A stretch of 64,000 bases of DNA, from NCBI GenBank assembly GCA_964270895.1, contig OZ185440.1; one strand, 5' to 3'. Within the stretch, counting starts at the first letter, position 1. Each line of letters starts with the position of its first letter. Position numbers and translations under genes: made by a program. The stretch is from Podarcis filfolensis. Its lineage: Eukaryota. Positions 36,340 to 48,954 of this stretch are shown here, piece by piece. Below the pieces are notes generated by a model. That model did not search any database. It was not told the DNA's origin and worked only from the letters and a program-made list of their open reading frames with translations.

Positions 36340-36520
36340 AATCTCAGGAAGACAGGAGTCTTTCTTAAACCAAGTCAGACCAATGGTCCATCTAGCTCAG
36401 CATCGTCTATACAGATGCTCTTGAGGTTTTCAGACAAGGGACACTCCCACCCCCACCTGGAGATGCTGGGGAATAAACTTGGGAACTTCAGCATATGAAA
36501 CATAGGCTCTACTATTCATA
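36340..36520 (-). mobile_element. tRNA-derived SINE
   Basis: agtcagaccaatggtccatctagctcagcat...ctggagatgctggggaataaactt is the reverse of the 53490-type element. Confidence 0.6.
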
Positions 36521-37005
36521 GCACCCAAACACATCTGTTCCATAACACTGTTATAGTCGGCCACCTCTCACAAGCTCAATTCTTGCAATGACTTTGACAT
36601 ACTTCAGTTCCTTATTCCTTATGTCAGTGAAGTCTTCATCAGCACATGGTAAGAACTGCAACCAAGAGTGATCTTAAACATAAATCACAAGCTTTCTGCC
36701 TTAGCCTTCTCCCTAATATGCTAATTTTCTATATGCAAGGTGTTAATTTTCTATATGCAATGAGAGGTGGTTGTTTTTTAACAAGAAAATGGGGTGCATA
36801 TGAGCATGAGATCCCCCACTTGCACCATGCAGAAGTGGTACAATCCCAAGAGAGCTCTACCATGTGCTGTTCCCAAGCAAGTTGACTCGCTCTGAGACTT
36901 CAGTGATGTACAAGAGCGGAACCAGCATCTAGGGTCGAAAATGACCATGAAAAGCAAGCCCAGCTATAAATATACTGTGAAAAGCAAGTCTGGCTATAAA
37001 CATAC

Positions 37006-37198
37006 CTTGTTAAGCTCATCTTCCAGTAGACAAGGATCCAGGCCCAGCTTATTGAAATGATCCTTCTTCACTGTCTTTATCACACCATACATCTCGGTGT
37101 AGTCTTTGGCCGTGAGATGGGAAAAGTTCACTTGGGGTGGGATGAGTGCATGGCTGAGGACATTGGTATTCAGATAACCAAGAATCTTCTCAGCGTTC
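37006..37198 (-). CDS. SLC6A17: SLC6A17 exon 8, 193 nt (large EL4 loop)
   Basis: tAG|GAAC acceptor and AAG|GTATGT donor. Hand translation: NAEKILGYLNTNVLSHALIPPQVNFSHLTAKDYTEMYGVIKTVKKDHFNKLGLDPCLLEDELNK. Not present in the ORF track. Confidence 0.95.
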
Positions 37199-37316
37199 CT
37201 ATGGAGGAGAAGCTAAAGGTCATTACAGAGCCATTGCCTTGCCTTGCTCACCTTGTTCTGGGTGAAGGGCATCTTCTTCCAGCAAAACAGGCAAAATGAA
37301 CCCCAGCAGTTGATGG

Positions 37317-37500
37317 GAGCCAGTGTGGTGCAGTGGTTAATCAAGAAAGTCAGACTAGGACCAGAGGGACCAGGGTTCTGGTTCCCACTCAGCCATGAAG
37401 TTCACTGGGTGAGTCAGTCACAGTCTCTGAGCCTAACCTACCTAACAGGGTTGTCATGAGGATCAAATGGAGGGGAGAAAATTGTGAAGGAATGAGCTGA
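37317..37500 (+). mobile_element. CORE/MIR-like SINE
   Basis: tRNA-like head gccagtgtggtgcagtggtta...gggttctggttcccactcagccatg, core cctaacctacctaacagggttgtcatgagga and a downstream (GAAT)n run. Confidence 0.7.
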
Positions 37501-37836
37501 ATGAATAATACTGAATGAATGAATGAATGAATGAATGAAGTGGCAGGATTTAGTCCAATTACTTCACAGCACATTCTGCAAAAATAATAAGGTGAAAAGC
37601 TGCTTTCCTAGTTCCAGAGAACACTCTAGGTTGCCACCTGGCCAGAAGGAAACAACAGTTTCTGGCTATCAAAGCTTCAGGCCAGAACAGAATTGCACCC
37701 GCTGAACTGGATGCTTTTTTAAAAGTAACTATAAGGTACCCTGAAAAATAGCTGCTGTGGTTGTACCCTCTAGAGAAGCCTTTTGGGGAGAGAAAAAGGG
37801 AGAGGGAGGGAGGGAGAGACTGGAACGAGTACTTAC

Positions 37837-38078
37837 TCAACCACACATTTTTCATTCATGACATTGGCTTTGAAGCCCAGCACAGCAAAGACTACCAGTG
37901 TGGCCAAAATGGAGGTGAAGAAGTTGATGAAGGAGACCAAGGCTGCATCGAAGTGGCAGTTATTGTCCTGCTTGTTGTAACTGGAAAAAGCAATAACTCC
38001 GCCAAAGCCCAGTCCGAGGGCAAAGAAGACCTGAGTGGCTGCTTCCCGCCACACCTGGAGATCCAACATTTTATCTAG
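37837..38078 (-). CDS. SLC6A17: SLC6A17 exon 7, 242 nt
   Basis: cAG|CTAGAT acceptor and TTGA|GTAAGT donor. [27 protein letters not shown], the SLC6 TM6 signature. Confidence 0.96.
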
Positions 38079-39504
38079 CTGTAAGGAGAGATGAGAGGGA
38101 AGCCAAGTCATCCATCCTGCATCAGAGATGCTCAGCTTGGTACACATATGGCACATTTATATTTAAATGTATAACATTGGCAGCTGAGAACAGCACGCCA
38201 CTGCCTGGGTATCTATTCTTTGTGCATATGCTAGAGACAGCTCTCTATCTTTCTCCTCTGTTGACTCAATTATTGATGCCTAAGGGCACAATAGAAAGGG
38301 AATCAGGTCCCATGGAAATAAATGGATCTCAGATGCAGAACTGTGAATGCCCTATTCTTCATTGCATTTTAGATTTTTTACTGCCTGTGCACTTTGTGGG
38401 CTTACCCAGCTAGGTATGGAATATCATTCCCTGAAAAAAATGTCACGATCTTTTAAAAGAGAAAAGCAAAACAAAAACAAAAAACACTAGCCCTTATGAT
38501 TCCTATGGAAGAAAGCTTGAAAACACAGGTAGTGTCCAAATGAAAGTTGAGAAAAAACAAACTCAGTGTTTCAAAATGACCCCTGCCAGTTAGAATTAGC
38601 CCCCACCCCTTTATCAAGAAAAGCTTGATTAACCTTATTGATTATGGATTGCTGCTTAAAGAATGCACTTAATAGACTGCACAGGACAGTCACATTTATG
38701 CTAGCAAGCTATGCAAGTGCTCTCTGCAAACTAATGTACTAGCAAACTATTAAGCACTTTACTCCTTTTCAGTCCACCATGGTTTGTGGCATGGAAAGTG
38801 AGCCCTACCAAATTAGAATCATAGAATCATAGGGTCATCTAGTCGAACCCCTGCAAGGCAGGAATCTCAGCTAAAGCATCCATTGCATGCTGATTGTGTG
38901 TAGTGTGATACCGGTGGGACCTTCTGCTGCCAAGAATCTGGACAAACCTGATGGAGATGCCATTTACAGAAGGAGCCTGCACAGTATTGCAAATGGAAGG
39001 TGTGTGGCTGCTAATCATTCTACCTACAATGAGAACTTGGACACTGGGACTTGTATTTTAGAATATCTTGTTCAAAATTAATCAGGATTAATGCCAGCTT
39101 CATAATTTCAATCACCTACTTCTTTGTTTAATGAATTAATTAAGCAGCTAAGGAGTCGATCCATTTTGCAGCTGTCCTTTGACAAACCTGGTTAATTTGG
39201 TACAATTCTGACCCAAGCAGGAAGAATAATGAAACAGACCTGGACTGGCACGCCCAAAGCAATTAATCTTCAGCATTTCAGTTTCAGAGAGAGTAGCACC
39301 ACTGACTAAAAAAGCAACACCTACACCTACGTAAAATTTGCTCTGCTCTGGTGCCATCCAGGCAGGGCCACAGAGGCATCAGTTTAACATAGGGCATGGA
39401 TTGTGATGATCACCAGAGACATAGGATTCTTGCTAGCTATAGTTCCCAGTAAGAGACATTTCTCTGACTGGTCTAAAGGCACATGGTGAGTGTGGTGGGC
39501 TTAC

Positions 39505-39615
39505 CTTGGGAGTGAACATGTGCAGAATCCCATCTATCGCCCCCCTCAAGAGCAATCCCCGGACCAGGAAACAGATCAGTACCACGTAAGGAAAAAGGGA
39601 GCTGAAATACATCAC
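39505..39615 (-). CDS. SLC6A17: SLC6A17 exon 6, 111 nt
   Basis: cAG|GTGATG acceptor and AAG|GTAAGC donor. [37 protein letters not shown]. Confidence 0.96.
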
Positions 39616-39788
39616 CTGAGTGGGAGAGGGAGAGAAAGCGGGAGATCCTACTTTATATAATCCAGCAGTACACTGTATATAAAGGAAGTCTTAAGGATGA
39701 ACAATAAGCCCAAATCTACCCTACTGGAAACTTCTGTCAGTATTTTTCTTTCTACAAAGCATTTTGGGAACTGTAGTTTGGTGAGATA

Positions 39789-40156
39789 CCGTATTGGCCT
39801 GAATATAAGCTGCACTTTTTGCCCAAATTCTAACCGTGCAAAGTTAAAGTGTGGCTTATATTCACGACCATACGGTATGCAGCTAGGACCGCAGGGCAAA
39901 CGGCGCCAGGAGCGTGGTGAAGTGGCGCCTGCCCCATGCGTAGTTCCCCATCCTCTCCCCCAAGACTGGGAAGGGAGAGAGCAAGGAAGGGGAAAGGCCA
40001 CTGGCAACACAACACAGCCCCCCCCCCCAGTATGCAGCCAGGAGCAGTGAGGAAGGGAGCTGCTTATATTTGGGTATTTTTTCTTTTTATTACCCCCCCT
40101 CCAATTTTAAAAGAGTGGCTTATATTCAGGTGTGGCTTATATTCAGGCCAATGTGG
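39789..40156. mobile_element. Non-autonomous Tc1/mariner (Tc2/Kanga-like) MITE in SLC6A17 intron 5
   Basis: TA|CCGTATTGGCCTGAATATAAGC...GCTTATATTCAGGCCAATGTGG|TA terminal inverted repeats with TA TSD. Confidence 0.8.
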
Positions 40157-40794
40157 TACTTTGATGAATTCACTGTTAGAGATCCTGAGCCCTCTCCCCA
40201 AACAGAACTACAGTTCCTGTGGTTCTCCATGGGGAAATAAGTGACTGCTAACTGGTTTGATGTGGATATGCCCTAAGATAGGTAAGCTGAACAGCTGTAT
40301 CCCAAAAGAGAGGAAGCTGTGCCTGTGATTGCTATCGGGTACTGCTGACTTCATTCAACTATGGGCTCTCTCACATGATATTCTTACTTTCAGGTGGCTG
40401 CTCTGAGGCACAGGCCAAGCAAAATGGAGCAAGCCCTCCTGGACCAAGTGGTTGGGAAGAAAAAGTGTTCACCCTTTCCTTTTTCTTAGCTTCTTATTCC
40501 ATTATGGTTACCTGGGCCCCATGAACCATTCAGGATGTGTGGAAGCTGCTGAACGCTTTGTTCCTGGCTGCAAGATTGTGTCCCTGGGATGGGGAAGCTG
40601 TGGCCCTCCAGACAGTGTCAGCCCCAGCCAAGATGGCCTATGGGCAGGGATGATGGGAGTTGTAGTCCAGCACCATCTGGAGAGCCACAGGTTTCCCATC
40701 CCTGGATCCACCACTTTATATCCACCACTGGATCCACCTGTTGTAGGTTCTGGCAATCTCTGTTCTGCTTTGGGCTGCCACCATCAACACTTAC

Positions 40795-40976
40795 CTTTCC
40801 TGAAGACTGAATTCCTTTGATCATGGCCAAGCCTACAATGCTCCAAGCGGCCAGGAGGCATAAAGTCATTCTCCAGTTAAGCCCACCACTCTCATTAATG
40901 GAGTTGGAGATGTCCAGGGCATCCCGGTACCAGAAGTAAGTAGTAGCAGAGCTTTTGTCACATTCTGGTTCCACGG
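40795..40976 (-). CDS. SLC6A17: SLC6A17 exon 5, 182 nt
   Basis: cAG|CCGTG acceptor and AAG|GTAAGT donor. [23 protein letters not shown]...GIQSSGK. Confidence 0.96.
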
Positions 40977-41713
40977 CTGAAAAGGGAAAAAAGCTATGGA
41001 GTTTTTTTTTTTAACATGCTTTGACTTCTCATTTAGAAGTCACCTGTGCCACAGCACCTGTGCCACAGCAAGCAAGACAGCATTTAAAGGCTAAGTAGAA
41101 GAGACAAGCTGTCATAGGGCACTTCAGGAAGGATGCCGAAGTTCACATTAGGAGAAAGGAAAAAGAATCCAAGATCTTGCCACTGAAACTAAAAGTTAAA
41201 TAAATGGGGCAATTTACACGCACTATAAAAGATTTATATATATATTCTGGGGATGTTCACATTCTATTAAATGCTCCATTAACCTCCAGAGTGTCTCTAT
41301 AGCACTCTTTGGAAAATATCCATTTCCTGCCAACCAATGCCCAAACGCAATTCCCACACCCTATCAGCTGGAAACAAACCTGAACTATTGTTAAGTTGTT
41401 GACTGGAAAGTCGTTCTCTGCCACTACTCTCAATACCCCTAGAGAAAGTAATGTTGAATTACCTAACTACAGGGCAAATGAAGACTTATTTCTCCTTGGG
41501 ACCCACAATGATGGAAAAGGATAAATGAATGCATCCACCCATCTGTGCTGTGTGGTATCAGCCAACACTGATTACTGCTGCAACAACTATCACATTTGAA
41601 TTATAAGATTCTGGAAGATTAGAAGTCACAGAGCTGAATGCTGTTTATCACCTGAAGAAGTGTGCCTCATTTCCCTTCTACCACATGCAAAGCAGTAAAG
41701 AGAAAGGACTCAC

Positions 41714-41840
41714 TTGCCACTGTGCCATTCCTTATGACGGGGCACTCACTCCAAGGCAGCGGGTACTGGAAGGATTTAAAAAAGTAAAAGATGCTCCATC
41801 CTATGATCACATTGTAGTAGAGCCCAACAAACAAGCAGAC
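41714..41840 (-). CDS. SLC6A17: SLC6A17 exon 4, 127 nt
   Basis: cAG|GTC acceptor and GCAA|GTGAGT donor. [34 protein letters not shown] (TM3). Confidence 0.96.
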
Positions 41841-42677
41841 CTGGCAACAGGAGAATGAAAATGTTTGGATCCTGGACAGCAAAACGTATTTCCAAACAAA
41901 GTGATACTAAAATGAATGGTGGAGAATGGAACATTGAAATGCATTGGGTTATATCCAATGCTATGCAATGGGACTTCTCTTTCCCCTCGTCTCCCCATGC
42001 ATTCTCAAAATCTGCTCTGTCCTGTGATGTGGGCATGTCCAGTGATCGTTTCCCTTAAAATTGCAAGATATCAAGGAAGCAGTGTTGTTCTTGCACAGGT
42101 GATCCACATCAATCAAGGGGCTTTGGTTGTCATCCCAGCAGTTTATATAAGATGCTGAATGGCACAATGGTGCTTAGGGTGCATGAGTGAGTTGTGGTGC
42201 TAAGCTTGAGTTCCAGTATCAATGCCAGAGGGGAAATGGTCTTTTTGCTAGCACCCACCTGCCCATCACTTGACCCTCTGCAGAGTGAATCATCAGGACT
42301 AAACTACAAAGAGGTTTGTTTTGACAGGTGTGAACAGTGGATCAGTTAGGGCACATTCTTGAAGGGCATGTCCTTTCAGTTCAGATATATATAGGACCAT
42401 GCGGGGAAATCAAAGGAAATCAGAACTTGATGGTAAATGTCTGATCCTGTTCCATAGTTGGGGGAAAGAACTGTTCAAGGCATCAGTCTTGAGCTTCTAA
42501 CCAACCACCTTCACAGACTGGTATCTTCTAATTATATTCTGCAATAACTAAGCCCTCTTGACAGTGGGAAATGGGTCTATTATGCACATGTCTGCTAGAC
42601 AGCACATATGGAAGATCACCTGTCTATCATCCACACAACTGTCCCAAAGCCACCACAAGCCTTCTGCAAGCACTTAC

Positions 42678-42835
42678 AAGGCAGCTGGCAAATCCAATGC
42701 CCCCCAACCGAGGGCAGACGTAATTCCACACTCCTATACTGCCCCGGCGGATCCTCTGGCCAACAGCCAACTCCAGAAAGAAGAGAGGGATGCCAATGAG
42801 GATTAGCAATACGAGATACGGAACCAGATAGGCAC
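42678..42835 (-). CDS. SLC6A17: SLC6A17 exon 3, 158 nt
   Basis: cAG|GTGCC acceptor and CTT|GTAAGT donor. [36 protein letters not shown]. Confidence 0.96.
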
Positions 42836-43680
42836 CTGGCAGGAAAGAAAAAGGTCATTAGAGATGCCCGTCTTTGATCACACAGGTCCCAGCATGAGAA
42901 GGTGACCATGACTGCTCCTAGGAGACAACCACTTCTTACTTGTATGGCCCACCCAGCTCTCATCAGCTCCAGTTAGCATTTGTCTCTAAACATTATTTGA
43001 AGCAAGTCTCCTAATTTAAAATGGTGCCGTGACAATAGAGGGAGAGGTTAATACAACTACAACACACAGGATCACTTTAACATTCCATATATAAATGTAT
43101 ATACAGTGTGGTTATTTTCTGCCTTCACAATGGCTGTTTCAGTGCCAGCTATGCAATTAAAGAGAACAATTCCTGGAAGGGCTAGATGAAAATGCTTCAT
43201 AAAGGACTCTACTTAAATAGCAGGGCCATATATCTCTGGCTAGTTGAAGAAAGTACGAAACAAATGGGCAGTCTGAGAAATATAAACAGTTGGCCAGAGA
43301 GGCCAAAAACTCTCATGCTGGAAAACAGAGCTGTTGACCAAAAACTCAAAGCAAAAAAAAAAAAAATCAATATTCCTGGCACGTTCATAATTCTAATAAG
43401 ACAGGAAAGCTGTGTAGGCAGGATTTTGATCCTGCTTCATATTCAGGGTAGTCAGATAAGCAGGCTGGAAACGATTAAGTGCAGCCAGCACAACATCACT
43501 GAGTTAATTCTTGACACAACTCACAGCTTCTCAAAAAGATATAAAAATCCTTCACACAACTGGGTCAGCTCCTGACAAGAATCCACTGGAAGACTCTGAT
43601 CAAAGCAAATGACAACAAGGTTTCTTTTTTCCCCTTTAGAAAAAGGTCTTAGCTACAATTAATTTCATTATTATTATTAC

Positions 43681-43681
<1 letters not shown>

Positions 43682-43726
<45 letters not shown>
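43682..43726. repeat. (GTT)15 microsatellite
   Basis: Direct reading. Confidence 0.9.
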
Positions 43727-46226
43727 ATATCTACCTTTCCTCCCGAAGCAGCTCAGGGCTCTGAAAGCAACCACTATTAGCACAAGCTACCATAAACTCA
43801 AACTCAGTACTCTACATAAAACTCCTCCATGACACTATTTAAAATAATTTCCAGCAGGGCTCATAATAGATATTAATAAATATGAAAAAGACCTCAAAAC
43901 AGAATAAAGAAAACCAACCACTTCACAGCATACCAAGAAAGAGGAAAGAGGAAAGAGGACCAAGAACAAACAGGTAAGGGTGGGTTTTTTTTAGCAGAAA
44001 ACCACTGCAGGGCCTTGATCTGGATGAGGAGTACATTCTGGATCAGGGCCCCCCTTTTTTTAAAGAAAAAGCAGCCAGACTGAATACTCTTATTTAAACA
44101 TGTAACTTCACATCTCATGTGCTTTAGACAGCAGAAGAAGTGAGTGATTGGCTTAGTCTCCGTGGTGCTTTCTGTCAGAGGGCAGAGCCCTTTCTCTACT
44201 CTGCTGCCTTCAGGCATTATGACGAACACTACTCCATTGCTAGTACTGCCAGTCCAGTCAGCTTCTCTCTGGGAAATGGCGCGGTGCCATCTTGTTCTTT
44301 GCCTAAGGCAGCAAAATATATTGAGCCAGTCCTGGTCAGAGACAGCATGGCTGCTCTCCAACCAAGTTAGGTCAGAGGAACCAGTAAGGGCCTGGCTAGT
44401 TCTGTGTAACTGTTGCCAGGTTTGGTTCTTTACCCTGAACAAGTTGCCTCCCTGAGCAGTCAAACCAGCTCCCTTGCCTCAAACTTCTTTTCTGCCTAGT
44501 CTGGAGCCTCTTGACCCAGTCATCTGCTTCTAGTCCTTGTCTACCTCCTTCCCTGGAGCCTGGAACTGTCTTGTCTTTGATTACGCCATTGCCTCTGATT
44601 CTGGTGACCCCAATAGGCAATGGCTTTCAAAATTCCATATACACTAGCAAAGCAATGCACTCCAGTTCCAAAGACAGACATGTCAGCTGACAGAGAAACT
44701 CAGGTGCTTCCTACAGATTTAGGGCACACAGTGGCCATCAGTACACATAATGGGGAAACCAGGTTTTGTAACAAGATTATAGGTACAATTAAAGGGTTCC
44801 CGTTTGCAACCCTAACCTGGGTGTTCAGCTTTCAACAAAGCATTCAACCCATGCAGCAGCATCCTGTAAGTTCTTGAGCACACAATGTTCCAAAGAATTG
44901 GCCCAATACCACCCTTTTCCTAATGAAAATCTGTTCTCTCTGCTAGACATATGCACACTTTATTACTGAAAAGAAAACAACACACAAATTACTACTTTCA
45001 CATACAGCAGTATTTTTTTAGCAGAAAGAGCTTGCTGAACCCAGAAGCGATACAGACATTATCAACCAAGGAATTGCATTTATCACAAAAGCATCTGTCT
45101 ATCAATAATCCATTCCTGTCGCATTACACACAACTGATACTCAGCCAGCACTTTGCTTCATCCATGGATAATCCAGGAAGCATATGCTTAATAGAAAGCA
45201 GGTAAGCCTTCAAGGTGCAACAACCATTCATTTAATGTTCTATTGACCACACTGAAGACTCAGCACTTGATAGGAGGGAAAACACCAGTGGTCACCTCTA
45301 TCTGTGCAGCCAACCAAAGGGCAATGTGCCTTACACAGTCATCCTTTGCAATTATGCCTTTAATCTGCTTTTCCTGCAACTTGGTGGCTAAAAAAAAGAA
45401 AAAGATTAATGGAATATTATCATCCTATCTCACAGAGAGCAAGAATCACACCATGGAAAGCAAATTTGTTAGGAAATAGAGCACAACCTGTAAATCTGAA
45501 ATAAATTAACAGTGCATAATCAGCTCAACTAGGGCAAATTCAAACAGATAGAAGAGTTGGCTGAGTTCAACTTTGTGAAAATTATTACCAAGCTATAGAG
45601 GAATGCCTTTTGTAGCAAGGGCTTGTTTATATATTCACATATTTTGAGATAATAATGGTTCAGTGTGGTTCAGGCATGGATTTGCAGTGCACAATCAGGG
45701 AAATACATAGCTGTTTTTTAAAAAAAGACACAGTCCAAGAATAATGGCAGCCTTTCACCATCACAAATTGTTACCTGAACTCAAGATGACCAGGTAAATA
45801 ATACTTGCACACTATCACGCAGGAAAGGAGACTTACTTGCTGAGCGTGGAGGAGGAGTAGTCTTGGTTTGTATAGAATAGATAAACTTAGGACGAGTCAT
45901 AAGATTCAGGATAACAGTTCTTCATTTAACTCTATAATGAGGTGCCTGATCATGCAGACTAGTGACTACAACAATCCATTGAAGGGAAAGCCATAGCTTA
46001 ATGGTTGAGCACATGATTTACCCAGAATTTCCAGGAAGAGCCAGGAAAGGATCCTGCCTGAAACCTAGAAGGTTACTACCACTTAGCATGGTCAGTGCTG
46101 TGTATTGTCTGCCTCAGTTTGAGATAGCATCCTATGGCCTTCAAGCCTATGCTCTTGTATTATTATATTAGGAAAGCAGAACATGTGTCCATAACAGATG
46201 ACTTTTATACTCCCTTGCTCACTTAC

Positions 46227-46506
46227 CTCCACCGTTCTTTTGACACAAATACGGAAAGCGCCAGACATTCCCCAGCCCCACGGAGTAGCCAATCTGAGCC
46301 AAAATGTACTGCAGTTTATTGTTCCACGCTGGCCGATCCTCACCAGTGTCATCCACATCCTGCTGCTTGTTCCAATTTTCTCCAGCCACATTTAAGACAC
46401 TCTGTCTATAGTCCACAGGCTCCTCAAGGGCCAGCAGATCAGCCACTGATTCAGTGACATGCTCAGTACTTTGTTCCCTCTGGGTCACTTTGCTGTGCTT
46501 AGGCAT
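46227..46506 (-). CDS. SLC6A17: SLC6A17 exon 2 coding part (start codon), 280 nt
   Basis: ATG at 46506. [30 protein letters not shown]...[17 protein letters not shown] (SLC6 TM1 signature). Donor GGAG|GTAAGT at 46227/46226. Confidence 0.97.
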
Positions 46507-46641
46507 TGAGACTGTCTGGCTCAGCCACTCCTATGTAGGAAGGGGTTTTGGGGGCAGAGGGGAGCCCAAGATGGAGTGGGTATCTGCTAGGGCGGTGCAG
46601 GTTTTGAAGGTCAGCTCTCAGATCCTGGTCATCTACGAGAT
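46507..46641 (-). other. SLC6A17: SLC6A17 exon 2 5' UTR portion
   Basis: U-rich tract plus acceptor tttgttttttgtttttcAG| at 46642/46641, 135 nt upstream of the ATG. Confidence 0.75.
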
Positions 46642-48072
46642 CTGAAAAACAAAAAACAAATGAATTAAAACATTACACTTCTCTGCTTTCTTTGGTGTTG
46701 TTGAATATCCAGAGCCGTGTGATTCATCAATGTGCAAATTAGAAAGGGTATAGGCTCCAGAAGGCATCTGCCTGAGAATTCAGTTTTCATTTTAAAAGAG
46801 CAAAGCAAACTTCTAGTCCTCAAGGCTTGAAAGTGTGCAAGCAATGCCTGGTGAAATCTTGGATTCCAGGGAGGAGGTAGGACTGAATAGAAGATACAGG
46901 AGGTAGAATTGCAGTGCTCTGCATAGGTTGTGCAGAAGCAAATAAATTCAATAAATATGCAGATTTGCTCTATTTCCATAGTCAATAGAGATTGAAGCTT
47001 TACTTGCTGCAGAAATTGGGACTTAAGCAGAATTTTTCTGAAGCAATATATGTATAGGGGTATGTCTGGGGACGGACGGACCGTGAAATGGTTACATTCT
47101 CACAATGCTGTACCCTATAAGGTACTGTGACTCACCACCCGGTTGTCTTTCTTAGTCCCTCCTCCTTGTTGTCTGGAATCTGTGAAAGTCTGAGGTTTGG
47201 CAATAGCTAAGTGCTATGACTTCTGTTTTACCTGTGCTTAGTGCCAACAATGTGTCAGGTGCTATTTAGCTTAAAATATTGTTGCACTAAAGAACTGGGC
47301 AGGCTTCGGCAATTCTTTCATGACAACAGCAAGCACCAAGGTTATCTCTCGGCTGATGACATTATCAGAGCAACTGGGATGGCCAGGAATTGTAGGTTAA
47401 ATTGCCCATGACAGTTTTACGACAGATAGTATCTGCAAAATGTTTGGCACTGCATGCAAAGCCATTGATTACTCCTGCCTCTCCATTCAAGGGCTGCTGT
47501 CTTTCAACAGAGCTAAACCAGCCCAGTCCCCTGGACTTCAGTGAAACCCTGCCAGTTTTACACTCTGCAAAATTCTTATACTGAACTATTTCAGGATTTA
47601 TGGGATTTGGTTTCCTTGAAAGCATGTGTGAATAAGGCAATGAAAAGGTCGTTTAAAAACAGTTTTTATTAGCATATTCCTGACAATATTAGGAGCAACT
47701 AAGGCCCTTGAATGCAATACTTGTTTCATAAATGTGACTGATGACTTATACAAAGATTGCACTTATTCTTATGGTCATGATATATTTGGGTAAATACTTA
47801 GGATCGTGTTACATTCTTGATCCACCCAGTTGTACTTATAAAACAGGGCAGTAAAAGGGGGTGGCTTTCCTCCTCATTTTTTCAATAAGTAAAATGGTGG
47901 CTCTAATCTGCTTTAATGGTGTGACATTGTGTCCACATCACAAGATGATTTAACCCCAAAGGAGATGAGATCAGGTCTGGTTATTAAAACCACACTTTAC
48001 GATTCCCCCTTCACTTGCTCAGAAATTTGTTTTCTGAGAAATTTCACCTCAGGTCCCATAGAGTGGGAGTTA

Positions 48073-48689
48073 CCGTATTTTTCGCTCTATAGGACGCACT
48101 TTTTCCCCTTCAAAAATGAAGGGGAAATGTGTGTGCGTCCTATGGAGCGAAGACGCCATAGCCCCGCGACCCTCGCCCGGCTGCAGAGGTGACGCGCGGC
48201 TATGGCAGGAGCCTCTATAGCCGTACGTCACCTCTCCAGCTGGGAAAGCACGCGCGGGGCAAAAAAAGCCCCCTGCGACCCTCTCCCAGCTGGAGAGGTG
48301 ACGCGCGACTATGGTAGCAGCCTCTCAGCTGCGCCTTTCCGCTGCTCCCTGACCTGCTCTTTGGGGCTGGTGGTGGGCTTCCCCCCGCCAGCCCCAAAGA
48401 GCAGGTCGAAAGGAACCTGAAGCCTGGAGAGCGAGAGGGGTCGGTGCACACCGACCCCTCTCGCTCTCCAGGCTTCCAAGGTAGCTGCCTGAACGCACCT
48501 TAAACGGCACCTTGTTTTAGAGCGGGAAAACAAGAGGGGGAAAATTCTCCCCCTCTCTGCGCAGCTCCTCCTGCCGCTTCGCTGAAGGGGCGCTGGGCAG
48601 AGAGGGGGAGAATTTTTTTTCTTGTTCTCCCCCCTCTAAAACAAGGTGCGTCCTATTGTCTGGTGCATCCTATGGTACGAAAAATACAG
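48073..48689. mobile_element. Non-autonomous Tc1/mariner (Tc2-like) element, 617 bp, in SLC6A17 intron 1
   Basis: TA|CCGTATTTTTCGCTCTATAGGACGCAC...GTGCATCCTATGGTACGAAAAATACAG|TA. CpG-rich interior with multiple inverted repeats. Confidence 0.85.
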
Positions 48690-48909
48690 TACCTTAACAA
48701 CATCTGACTATACATTATTGCCTTTCTCATGTAGAACGAGCTATCAGTTGTAGATATAGCTCACTCTGCTTATATGGGATGTACTTGCCAAAGAATACTT
48801 TCTAAACCAGGCAACAAAGTTTCACTATGATAATTGTCCCCACACTGGCCATATTTATTTATTTTTTGCACCACTCAGAATGCAGCGGTTGCTCCTCATG
48901 AAAGGCAGT

Positions 48910-48953
<44 letters not shown>

Positions 48954-48954
48954 C
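48910..48954. repeat. (AAC)15 microsatellite
   Basis: Direct reading. Confidence 0.9.

Noticed and set aside
35857-38078. Plus-strand ORFs such as 35857-36198, 37057-37299 and 37761-38078
   Set aside because: Antisense shadows of SLC6A17 coding exons.
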